DNA of 64,000 nucleotides, from assembly GCA_963848295.1 (NCBI GenBank), contig CAWKDB010000011.1, positions 32,001 through 96,000 on the forward strand. The letters run 5' to 3'. Below, in pieces: positions 21,258 through 29,103 of this stretch. The stretch is from an uncultured delta proteobacterium. Lineage in GTDB: Bacteria; Myxococcota_A; Polyangia; Haliangiales; Haliangiaceae. Under the pieces are notes generated by a model that did no database searches, had not been told where the DNA came from, and worked only from the letters and a program-made list of their open reading frames with translations. A program made the translations under genes and the position numbers. Numbering within the stretch: position 1 is the stretch's first letter; the number at the start of each line of letters is the position of its first letter.

Positions 21258-21692
21258 ATGAGCGAACAGCGTCGTAAGCCGCCAAGCCGACTCGGCATGG
21301 GTCCGACGCCGGGCTCGTTCACCGCAGGCGATCCGCGGATCAACCGCAACGGTCGCCCGCGCAGCGGACTGGCGTTCGCCGAGCGCGTGCGCGAGCGGAT
21401 CGATCCCGACATGATGATCGACCTCGCGATGCGCGTCGCCGAAGACACGGGGATGACGCCTGCGGAGCGTTTGGCTGCGCTGTGGCCGCTGATCGACCGC
21501 GGATTCATCAAACCACCGGCGCAGCTCGAAGCGCACGTCACAGGCAACGCTACGCCGTCCTATGACCTATCGAAGCTGCCGCTCGACGAGCGCCGCGCGT
21601 TGCTCGAGAAGCTGCGCGCGTTGCGCACCACCTCACCAGACGAAGACCCGCGGTTACCGGAACCAGCGGTCTCCGACGACGTTAGCGAATAG
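21258..21692 (+). CDS. Terminase small subunit-like (DUF5681-type)
   Basis: SFTAGDPRINRNGRPRS resembles F..G.SGNP.GRP motif; C-terminal DLSKLPLDER; upstream of terL. Confidence 0.65.
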   Translation: MSEQRRKPPSRLGMGPTPGSFTAGDPRINRNGRPRSGLAFAERVRERIDPDMMIDLAMRVAEDTGMTPAERLAALWPLIDRGFIKPPAQLEAHVTGNATPSYDLSKLPLDERRALLEKLRALRTTSPDEDPRLPEPAVSDDVSE

Positions 21693-21750
21693 TCACCACG
21701 ATAGTCGCCACACGAACCCGCAACGACTTCCAACCCAGCGAGAACACACG

Positions 21751-22062
21751 ATGTCCGTTGTTAAAGCCGCACCCCGTGACGCGCGCGCCAATCACTGGCG
21801 CCCTGACGTCGACGGCGCAACCGGCATCACACGCCGGCGCTACCGCGGCCGACTGCGGCGTGGCCACCCGACCGCAGCGAGCGACGACGCGGTCGACGTG
21901 CGGCTCGCGATCGCCGAGCTCCAGGCCGCGCACGAGATGCTCGTGCGCTGTGACGACGCGTCCGACATCGAGCGCGAGCAGCTCAAGCGCACCGCCTTCG
22001 CCAAGATCGCGCTCGCTGGGCGCGCCGTTGACGAGGTGACGTTGCGCCGGGGTGTCCGATGA
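21751..22062 (+). CDS. Hypothetical protein
   Basis: ORF in operon, ATGA overlap with next gene. Confidence 0.5.
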   Translation: MSVVKAAPRDARANHWRPDVDGATGITRRRYRGRLRRGHPTAASDDAVDVRLAIAELQAAHEMLVRCDDASDIEREQLKRTAFAKIALAGRAVDEVTLRRGVR

Positions 22063-22307
22063 CGTTCCCTGTCACCATCGAGCGTGACGAGCGCGGCTGT
22101 CTGTTCCGCATGTCCGCCAAGGCTTGGGCCGCGGGTTGGCACATCGGTGACCGCGTGATCGTCGAGCTCGACAGCGGCGACGACGCAGGGGACGTGGTCG
22201 TGTGCGAGCTCGAGTGCGGTCCCGCCGACGAGCCGATCGCGCGGCCGTTCGCACCGCACGGGATCAAGCGCACAACCGGCGTCGTCCGGCAACCGAGGGC
22301 CGCATGA
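22059..22307 (+). CDS. Hypothetical protein
   Basis: Short beta-rich ORF coupled to upstream gene. Confidence 0.45.
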   Translation: MTFPVTIERDERGCLFRMSAKAWAAGWHIGDRVIVELDSGDDAGDVVVCELECGPADEPIARPFAPHGIKRTTGVVRQPRAA

Positions 22308-22362
22308 TCGCCGCTCGTCTGCCGCGACTGCTCGCCGCGCTGGCGTTCTTGTTGTTGTCGAG

Positions 22363-23913
22363 GTGCGTGTGAGCGACGACCTCGCACAGCTCGAGCGCGA
22401 GCTGTGGAATAGCTTGTGGCGCGACGATCCGCACAAGCGGTTTCTCATGTTCGTCGAGCGCTACTGGCCGGTCGTTACCGGTACGGCGTACGTCGCGAAC
22501 CGCGTCACGACCGCGATCATCGCCGCGCTGCAAGACGTTCTCGACGGTACGACGAGCCGGCTCGTCATCGCCAAGCCGCCAGGCTGCGGCGTGTCGACAC
22601 TGCTCGTGCTGTTCGAGGGCTGTCGCACCGCGATCGACCCGTCGTGGCGCACGATCGCCGCGAGCCACAGCTACGAGCTCGCCGCGACCGCGAGTCGTCG
22701 CGTCCGGCGCTTGGTGACGTCGCCCGAGTTTCGCCAGAGCTTCGAGGTCACGCTGCGCGACGACGCGGCGCAGGTCTCGCTCTGGGAGACGTCCGCCGGC
22801 GGTCACTTCATCGCGGTCGGTCGCGAGAGCCACGTCACCGGCCGCCGCGCCAACGAGATCGTGTGCGACGACTTGAACGCCGCCGCGGATCGTCACAGCA
22901 AGGCCGCACTCGAGCACGCCTGGACGTTCTTCGCCGAGACGCTGTCGACGCGCATCGACAACGACCGCAGCGCGATGGTCGTCTGTGCGCAGCGGACCGC
23001 CGTCGACGACGTGCCCGGCCGACTCGTGGAGCAGGGTGGTTGGACCGTGCTCGAGCTGCCGGCCGAAGACGAGCACGGCGAGCCGACGGCGCCTAACGTG
23101 CTGCCCCGCGAACGCCTCGACGCCTTGAAAGCGCAGATCGGCTCGCTCGCCTACGCGACGCAGTACCTGCAACGCCCGAGCGACGACAGCGAGGCCGTGA
23201 TCCGCCGCGTGTGGTGGCGGTTCTACCGCGCGCCGCACGTCTCCGAGCAAGCGCCGCGACCGGCGGGTTGCGACACCGAGCAACCGGCGATTGCATTGCC
23301 CGAGACGTTCGATCGCGTCGTGATCGCGTGCGACTTGACGTTCGGCTCGCTGACCGGCGACTACGCGGCGGTGCAAGCGTGGGCCGCGAAGGGCGGTGCG
23401 CGCTACCTGCTCGAACAGTGGCGCGCGCGGGCTGGATTCGAGGCGCAGGTCTCGGCGATCGCCGCGATCGCGTCACGCTATCCAGGCTGCAAGGTGCTGA
23501 TCGAGCGAGCGGCGAACGGCGCCGCCGTGATCGAGCAGCTGCGCACCGTCATCCCCGGCGTCGTCGCGGTGCGCCCGCAAGGCCCGAAGCTCGCGCGCAT
23601 CGCCGCCATGGCGCCGACGGTCGAAAGCGGCGCCTGTCTGCTGCCGCTCGGCGCGTCGTGGCTAGGCGACTTCGTCGAAGAGCTAGCCGGCGCGACGAAG
23701 CACGACGACATGGCGGACGCCGCCGCGTACGCGATCGCCGACCTGACGCGCGACTCGATCGACAACGAAGAGCCGTTCGGCGGCTACCTGTTCACCGCCG
23801 ACCAGGGCGACGCGCCGCCGGCTCCCACCGCGTCGGACGATCGCCACCACAGCGCCTTCGATTCCTTTCGTTCGCGCCGCTGCCTCGTCGGCGGCTTCGT
23901 CCCCGACGAGTAA
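22363..23913 (+). CDS. terL: Phage terminase large subunit (degenerate Walker A)
   Basis: RLVI..PP, ASHS..LA, TGRRANEIVCDD, YATQYLQRP, ACDLTF..DY, LIERAANG, K.ARI..ESG, HDDMADA nuclease motif. Confidence 0.9.
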   Translation: MRVSDDLAQLERELWNSLWRDDPHKRFLMFVERYWPVVTGTAYVANRVTTAIIAALQDVLDGTTSRLVIAKPPGCGVSTLLVLFEGCRTAIDPSWRTIAASHSYELAATASRRVRRLVTSPEFRQSFEVTLRDDAAQVSLWETSAGGHFIAVGRESHVTGRRANEIVCDDLNAAADRHSKAALEHAWTFFAETLSTRIDNDRSAMVVCAQRTAVDDVPGRLVEQGGWTVLELPAEDEHGEPTAPNVLPRERLDALKAQIGSLAYATQYLQRPSDDSEAVIRRVWWRFYRAPHVSEQAPRPAGCDTEQPAIALPETFDRVVIACDLTFGSLTGDYAAVQAWAAKGGARYLLEQWRARAGFEAQVSAIAAIASRYPGCKVLIERAANGAAVIEQLRTVIPGVVAVRPQGPKLARIAAMAPTVESGACLLPLGASWLGDFVEELAGATKHDDMADAAAYAIADLTRDSIDNEEPFGGYLFTADQGDAPPAPTASDDRHHSAFDSFRSRRCLVGGFVPDE

Positions 23914-24072
23914 ATCGACCCACCTAGCCAACCTTGCAAACCTAGTCTCACCGCCAATGTTATCCGCCACCATTTCTGACGTCGCGCCCACAACCCAAGC
24001 TCTTGGCGGTGCTTGCGTTGGCAGACTCCTGCGCTCGGGCGCGACGTCACTTCTTGTTTCAGGAGCACCGTC

Positions 24073-25719
24073 ATGAAGAAGAGCCCGTTTTCCCTCCGTC
24101 TGAAATCCCTCCGGTTCTTGTCCGCCGTTGACAGCCCGGCGCAGTCCGCGATCGCGCACGCGCTGATCTTCAAGCGCGACAGCGGCGAGGTCACGCTCAC
24201 CGCGAAGGTCGCGAAGCTGTCCGACGAGCTCGGGCTCGTGTTCGGCTACGCGTTCGCGTCATCGCTCGATGGCGGCACGACACCGTACGTCGACGCGCAG
24301 AACGACGCGATCGATCCGGACTTCCTGAAAGCCGCGATGGACTTCGTCGCAGGCGGCGGCGCGACCGACATAAACCACGACGGTCACCAAGACGGCCGCG
24401 TGATCTTTGCGTGGCCGTTGCTGCCCGACATCAACATGGCGCTCGGCATCGAGTCGAAGACCGTCGGGCTCGCCGTGGCGATCAAGCCGAGCGCGGCGAC
24501 GTTCGCGAAGTTCAAGAGCGGCGAGCTCACCGGGTTCAGCATCGAGGGCACCGGCGCTCGCGAGCCGCTCGCCAAGAGCGACGTCACGAAGCAGCCGAAG
24601 CACGTCGTGTGTTCGAAGTGTGAGAAGTCCACCGCGCCGCTGTCGTACTGCTCGAACTGCGGCAGCGCGCTGAGCGGTGACGAGAAGCCGCCGGTGGCCG
24701 CGTCTGGCGCGAGCGCCGACGAGCTCGAGGACCAGGCCGACAAGGCGATCGCCCACAAGCTGTGGGTCGCGAAGCAACTCGCCGAGCACCTCGACTACCT
24801 CGACGGCATCGCGGCTAGCAGCGGCGTCGACGCGGCGCGCACCGTCGCCGAGCGCAACGTGAGCAGCGTCGGCAACTGGGGTGCGGTGTGGCTCGAGAAG
24901 CGCGGCATCGCGTCGCAGGCTGGCGACGCGTCGTTCGCTCAGATCGTCAAGGCCGCGTTCGCCGTCAACGAAACGGCTCGCAAGGGCCACCGCGAGAAGG
25001 TCGCCGCGGCCCAAAGGACGTTCGACGGCGCGGTCGCCGAGCTCGCCACCAAGCGCGGCATCACGAACGACGCCGCGCGGGCCATCGCGATGAACTTCCC
25101 GACAATCAAGGCGCTGCACGCAGACTGGCAGGAGCTCGACCAGTCGGTGCCCGAGGGCCTCGTCGACATCGCTCAGCCGTACACGAAGGCCATCGACGAC
25201 AAGATCGGCGCACTGCAACGCGAGCGCGTCTCCCACATCGAGGCGACCGCCGCGGCTCGAAACCTCGGCATTTACGAAGCCGAGCTCGCCTTGGTGAAAG
25301 GCAAGACGGCCGACGCGGCGCACGGTCGCGAGTCTCAGCTCGGCCGACTCGAGCGCGAGATCGCCGAAGCGCAGGACGAGCGGTCGACGATTCGCACGGG
25401 CATCACCGAACGCGTCGCGGCCCTGTCGCCGCATCACATCGCCACCGATGCCGCGCAGTCCGCGCTGTTGGCCAAGCGCGCCGAGCTCGCGACCATCGTG
25501 AACGAGAGCCCGGGCGGCCGGCTGTTGCGCAAGGCCGTCGAGCGGTTCCAGAAAGAGCACAAGGTCCCGACGTACGCGCAAGCGATGGCCCGCGCGCTCG
25601 TCGACGACGAGGTCGTGCGCGAGCTGTGGCCGATGCGCGACGAGATGCCGGCAACCGCCGACATCGTCGCGGCACGCAAGGCGCTGGCCGAGCTCGACCG
25701 CGAGCAGACGAGCGCGTAA
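24073..25719 (+). CDS. XkdF-like prohead serine protease fused to Zn ribbon and long helical scaffold-like region
   Basis: LSAVDSPAQ, GLVFGYA, VDAQND.I, INHDG, FKSGELTGFSIEG; CSKC..CSNCG; SD AGGAG at 24061. Confidence 0.8.
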   Translation: MKKSPFSLRLKSLRFLSAVDSPAQSAIAHALIFKRDSGEVTLTAKVAKLSDELGLVFGYAFASSLDGGTTPYVDAQNDAIDPDFLKAAMDFVAGGGATDINHDGHQDGRVIFAWPLLPDINMALGIESKTVGLAVAIKPSAATFAKFKSGELTGFSIEGTGAREPLAKSDVTKQPKHVVCSKCEKSTAPLSYCSNCGSALSGDEKPPVAASGASADELEDQADKAIAHKLWVAKQLAEHLDYLDGIAASSGVDAARTVAERNVSSVGNWGAVWLEKRGIASQAGDASFAQIVKAAFAVNETARKGHREKVAAAQRTFDGAVAELATKRGITNDAARAIAMNFPTIKALHADWQELDQSVPEGLVDIAQPYTKAIDDKIGALQRERVSHIEATAAARNLGIYEAELALVKGKTADAAHGRESQLGRLEREIAEAQDERSTIRTGITERVAALSPHHIATDAAQSALLAKRAELATIVNESPGGRLLRKAVERFQKEHKVPTYAQAMARALVDDEVVRELWPMRDEMPATADIVAARKALAELDREQTSA

Positions 25720-25940
25720 TGCGCGACGAGTGGAGCATCGGTTTCGGCGACGCGGTCGACCTGCGCCACTCGGTCGCCGCACGCGAGCGGCTGCTCGTCA
25801 CCGTTGCTCCCTCGTGGTCGCGCGAGCGGCTCGATGGCTTCCTGCACGCGCACGAGCTCGCGCTCAACGCCCAGCGGTGCACGTGCTCGAGCTGTCCGCT
25901 TCACTCATCTTCGGGGACCGCAGGGCCTGACCTCCTGTAG
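25719..25940 (+). CDS. Small hypothetical protein
   Basis: TAATG overlap with upstream gene; Cys/His-rich C-terminus. Confidence 0.4.
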   Translation: MRDEWSIGFGDAVDLRHSVAARERLLVTVAPSWSRERLDGFLHAHELALNAQRCTCSSCPLHSSSGTAGPDLL

Positions 25941-26049
25941 CGCGTGAATGGAAGGCTCGCTCCCCAACTTTTCGACGGACGGCGAGTAGCGTTGCTACAA
26001 CGCGGCCGTCGAGCAAGCGCGCAAGACGAAGCGATGACCGACGTCGGGT

Positions 26050-26070
26050 TGGTGACTAACTGGTGACTAG
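26050..26070 (+). promoter_or_regulatory. Putative integrase arm-type sites
   Basis: TGGTGACTAA C TGGTGACTAG tandem, 30 bp from att. Confidence 0.7.
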
Positions 26071-26100
26071 CGATACGTCGCCAGTAAATTCTTCAATCAT

Positions 26101-26151
26101 TTCGTGACCCCAAGAGGAATCGAACCTCTGGCCTACGCTTTAGGAAAGCGC
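26101..26151. repeat. Right att site within tRNA-Arg
   Basis: Identical to 14422-14472. Confidence 0.97.
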
Positions 26152-26178
26152 CGCTCTATCCGGCTGAGCTATGGGGTC
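26105..26178 (-). tRNA. tRNA-Arg(CCT)
   Basis: GACCCCA/TGGGGTC acceptor, anticodon loop TTCCTAA, GGTTCGATTCC T arm. Confidence 0.95.
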
Positions 26179-26292
26179 GCGTCGTCGGACGGTGCCCGAC
26201 GGCGCGCCACACGTCAAGTCTGCCTCGGACCGCCGTTTTTCGCCGTACGAACCGCGACCCTAGGCCGGCGCTCAACTAGACTTGGAGGGCAG

Positions 26293-27549
26293 ATGGACGA
26301 GGCCGACACCATTGGCGGGCGGTATGCCCTCGACGGTCGCCTCGGCGAGGGCGGGATGGGCATGGTCTATCGCGCCCGTCACCTGCAGCTCGGCAAGCCC
26401 TTCGCGCTGAAGATCATCTCGCCTGCGTTCGCACTCGATGCCGTTGCGCGCGAGCGGTTCAACCTCGAGGCGAAGCTCGCGAGCGAGATCTCGCACCCGA
26501 ACATCGTGTCGGTCGTCGATTTCGGCGAGGACGCGAAGTACGGCGCGTACATGGTGATGGAGCTGGTCGAGGGCGAGCCACTCGTTTCCGAGGGCTCCCT
26601 GCCGATGTCGATCAAGCGCGCATGCGACGTGCTCGGTCAGATCGCCGACGCGCTCGACCACATCCACAAGCGCAGCATCATCCATGGCGACGTCAAAGCC
26701 GATAACATCATGCTCGCGGTCGAGAGCGACACGAGCAGTGGTGGGCGGCGCCGTCGGGTCGCTCGGTTGCTCGATTTCGGGCTCGCGCGCCGGCCGGGCG
26801 GCCACAATCACAACGAAGAGGAGTCGGTCAGCGGCAGCCCGCACTACCTCGCGCCCGAACGCGCCGCCGGCGGCCCTGCGACGGTCGCGACCGACGTGTA
26901 CGCGCTCGGCGTGCTCGGCTACTTGCTGATCACCGGCACGCTGCCGTTCGATGGCGAGGTCGTCGACATCCTGACCGCACAGATCAACCAGCAGCCCGAA
27001 TCGCTCACGCAGCGACGCGGCGGCGAGATCGATCAAGCGGTCGAAGCGCTGATCCTGCGCGCGCTCGCGAAGGATCCGGCGAATCGCCACAGCAGCGCGG
27101 CGCAGTTCCGCTACGAGCTCAACACCGTGATGGACATGCTCGACATGGGCAGGCGCACGCGGCGGACCGGGCTGATGGCGATCGAAGGATCGCGCGAGAC
27201 GATCGCGGCCTCGCTGTTCGCGACCTCGCGCCTGCCCCAAGCGGTGCTCTCGACCGACGGTGTCGTCAAGCTGGCGAACCGCGCGTTCGCGACGCTGCTC
27301 GGTCAGGAAGACGGCTCGGTCGAGGGCATGCCGGTCGGCGAGACGGCGCTCGCGAAGTACATCCCGGGCCTCGTCCGCGCGTTGCGCGCTGCCCATCTCG
27401 ACGGCAACACGACCGAGCGCCGCGCGCGAGTGTTCCGCGGCGCCGATCAACCGCCGCTCGAGCTCGTGTCGTGGCTGTCGCCGCTGCCGATCGGCGGCGA
27501 CATCCACATGATCGTGCGTGTCGACGAACCCGCTCGCGACGATCGCTGA
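26293..27549 (+). CDS. Ser/Thr protein kinase with C-terminal PAS-like domain
   Basis: LGEGGMG.VY, ALK, HGDVKADN, DFG, GSPHYLAPE; C-term LANRAFATLLG PAS-like. Confidence 0.9.
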   Translation: MDEADTIGGRYALDGRLGEGGMGMVYRARHLQLGKPFALKIISPAFALDAVARERFNLEAKLASEISHPNIVSVVDFGEDAKYGAYMVMELVEGEPLVSEGSLPMSIKRACDVLGQIADALDHIHKRSIIHGDVKADNIMLAVESDTSSGGRRRRVARLLDFGLARRPGGHNHNEEESVSGSPHYLAPERAAGGPATVATDVYALGVLGYLLITGTLPFDGEVVDILTAQINQQPESLTQRRGGEIDQAVEALILRALAKDPANRHSSAAQFRYELNTVMDMLDMGRRTRRTGLMAIEGSRETIAASLFATSRLPQAVLSTDGVVKLANRAFATLLGQEDGSVEGMPVGETALAKYIPGLVRALRAAHLDGNTTERRARVFRGADQPPLELVSWLSPLPIGGDIHMIVRVDEPARDDR

Positions 27550-27555
27550 GCGCCT

Positions 27556-27957
27556 CTACGACTTGGGATTGATGTTCTCGAGGCACGCGAGCATCGGCTC
27601 GCACGCGGTCTCCGCCGCCGGACAAACCTCGAGCACCCGGACTTGGCGCGACGAGTACGAATGTGACTCGCAGTCCTTGATGAACTCGGACGAGTTCTTG
27701 CGCTGGACCGCGGGCGCGGCGTCCTTGTCGAACTGCGCTTGGGTCACCTTGCCGGCGGCGACGTCCTTCTTCGCGTCCTCGACCGCACAGGCGGTGATCC
27801 GCGGTCCGAGGGCCTCGCAGGCGACGTCGCGCCGCTTCTCGATCGCGGAGCGGTGATCGACAGGCTTCGCGGGCACCGGATCGGGATCCGGGGCCGGCTT
27901 CTGGGTGCTGCCGCACGCGGCGACAACGGCGAGGGTGAGGGCGAGCTTCATCATCAT
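27556..27957 (-). CDS. Cys-rich lipoprotein
   Basis: Lipobox VAAC; several spaced Cys. Confidence 0.7.
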   Translation of the reverse strand: MMMKLALTLAVVAACGSTQKPAPDPDPVPAKPVDHRSAIEKRRDVACEALGPRITACAVEDAKKDVAAGKVTQAQFDKDAAPAVQRKNSSEFIKDCESHSYSSRQVRVLEVCPAAETACEPMLACLENINPKS

Positions 27958-28319
27958 TGGGGGGACACCTGTGGCGGCGTCGGTTTGCGCCCGAGCGCGT
28001 CACCTTCGCTGCCTTCGTCGTCGAGCGGGATCAAGCAGCGCTGCTCGAGGTCGCTGACGCTGTTGGCGCCGTCCATGCACGCCGCGAGCTTCGCGGGATC
28101 CTTGGCGCAGTCGACCATCGCCATGTGGACGTTGTCGGCGGTCTCCGTGTCGACGCGGGCCGGCTGTTGCTGCTGCGCCTCGGCGCGGTACAGGGCTTCG
28201 ACCTTCGCGCGCACGCTATCGCAGGTCGCGGCGGTCACGCCGATGGCGAGCTTGGCCGCCGGCTTCGGCGGCGGACAGCAACCGGCGAGCACCGCGACCG
28301 CGACGAGCCACAACCGCAT
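27954..28319 (-). CDS. Cys-rich lipoprotein
   Basis: MRLWLVAVAVLAGC lipobox; overlaps next gene. Confidence 0.7.
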   Translation of the reverse strand: MRLWLVAVAVLAGCCPPPKPAAKLAIGVTAATCDSVRAKVEALYRAEAQQQQPARVDTETADNVHMAMVDCAKDPAKLAACMDGANSVSDLEQRCLIPLDDEGSEGDALGRKPTPPQVSPQ

Positions 28320-28327
28320 CGTGCTGG

Positions 28328-29089
28328 TTATACACCGGCGTGGACGCGGAACCCGGGCAGCTGCCACGGCGGTCGCGAGATCCGGTCGCGATCGGTCAGG
28401 TCGAGGTGCATCGGCGTCAGGCTGCTGTGACCGCGCGCGATCGCGACGCAGTCGGTGCCCGGGATGTCGTCGTGACCGCTCGGGCCGCCGCCGACCCAGT
28501 AGTACGGGCGTCCGCGAGGATCGGCTCGCTCGGCGACATCGTCGGCGTAGATTCGCCGGCCGAGCGCGGTCCATTCGTACGCGTCGCTCTCGCCGCCGGG
28601 CATGTTGACGTTCAGCACCGAGCCGCGCGGCATCGGCTCGGCGATCGTGGCTGCGATGACCGCCGCCGCGAAGTCGAGGGCGCGGTCGGGAAACCGCGCG
28701 CGAGTGCCGAGCGAGCACGCGATGCCCGCAGAGCCACGCAGCGCACCTTCGACCGCCGCGGCGACCGTGCCGGAGTAGAACACGTCGCTGCCGAGGTTGT
28801 AGCCATCGTTGACGCCGGACACGACGACCGCCGGCGGGCGATCGCATAGCTTCAACATCGCGAGGTACACGCAATCCACCGGCGTCCCCGACAGCGAGTA
28901 CCGGCGCGCGCGGACCTCGGTCAGCCGGAGTGGCTTGTGCAACGTGATCGCGTGCGACGCGGCCGATCGCTGGCGCTCGGGTGCGACGACGAGCACGTCG
29001 GCGAAGCTCTCGATCCGCAGCGCGAGCGCCTCGAGGTGCGGGGCATCGATGCCGTCGTCGTTCGAGCACAGCACGAGCGGACGCGACAT
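28328..29089 (-). CDS. surE: 5'/3'-nucleotidase SurE
   Basis: SNDDG, VAPE.Q.S..SH.IT, GTPVDCV, SGVN.G.N.G.DV.YSGTV. Confidence 0.96.
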   Translation of the reverse strand: MSRPLVLCSNDDGIDAPHLEALALRIESFADVLVVAPERQRSAASHAITLHKPLRLTEVRARRYSLSGTPVDCVYLAMLKLCDRPPAVVVSGVNDGYNLGSDVFYSGTVAAAVEGALRGSAGIACSLGTRARFPDRALDFAAAVIAATIAEPMPRGSVLNVNMPGGESDAYEWTALGRRIYADDVAERADPRGRPYYWVGGGPSGHDDIPGTDCVAIARGHSSLTPMHLDLTDRDRISRPPWQLPGFRVHAGV

Positions 29090-29103
29090 CGTGGCGGACT
29101 GTA

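Larger units (their letters stand above)
14422..26151 (+). mobile_element. tRNA-Arg-integrated phage-satellite-like element (~11.7 kb)
   Basis: Perfect 51-bp terminal direct repeats matching tRNA 3' half; integrase, AlpA-like, primase, VapE, TerS/TerL, XkdF protease; all genes on + strand. Confidence 0.92.

Noticed and set aside
20992..21261. 89-aa ORF between vapE and terS-like
   Set aside because: It overlies the iteron/AT-rich origin and its sequence is dictated by the repeats, though a real small gene cannot be fully excluded.
14619..25940. Absence of frameshifts in the element as evidence of higher copy number
   Set aside because: Other host stretches (e.g. 41-48 kb) are equally clean; coverage data would be needed.
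14422..26151. Intact temperate prophage or ICE
   Set aside because: No capsid, portal, tail, lysis, relaxase or conjugation genes recognised, and too small.
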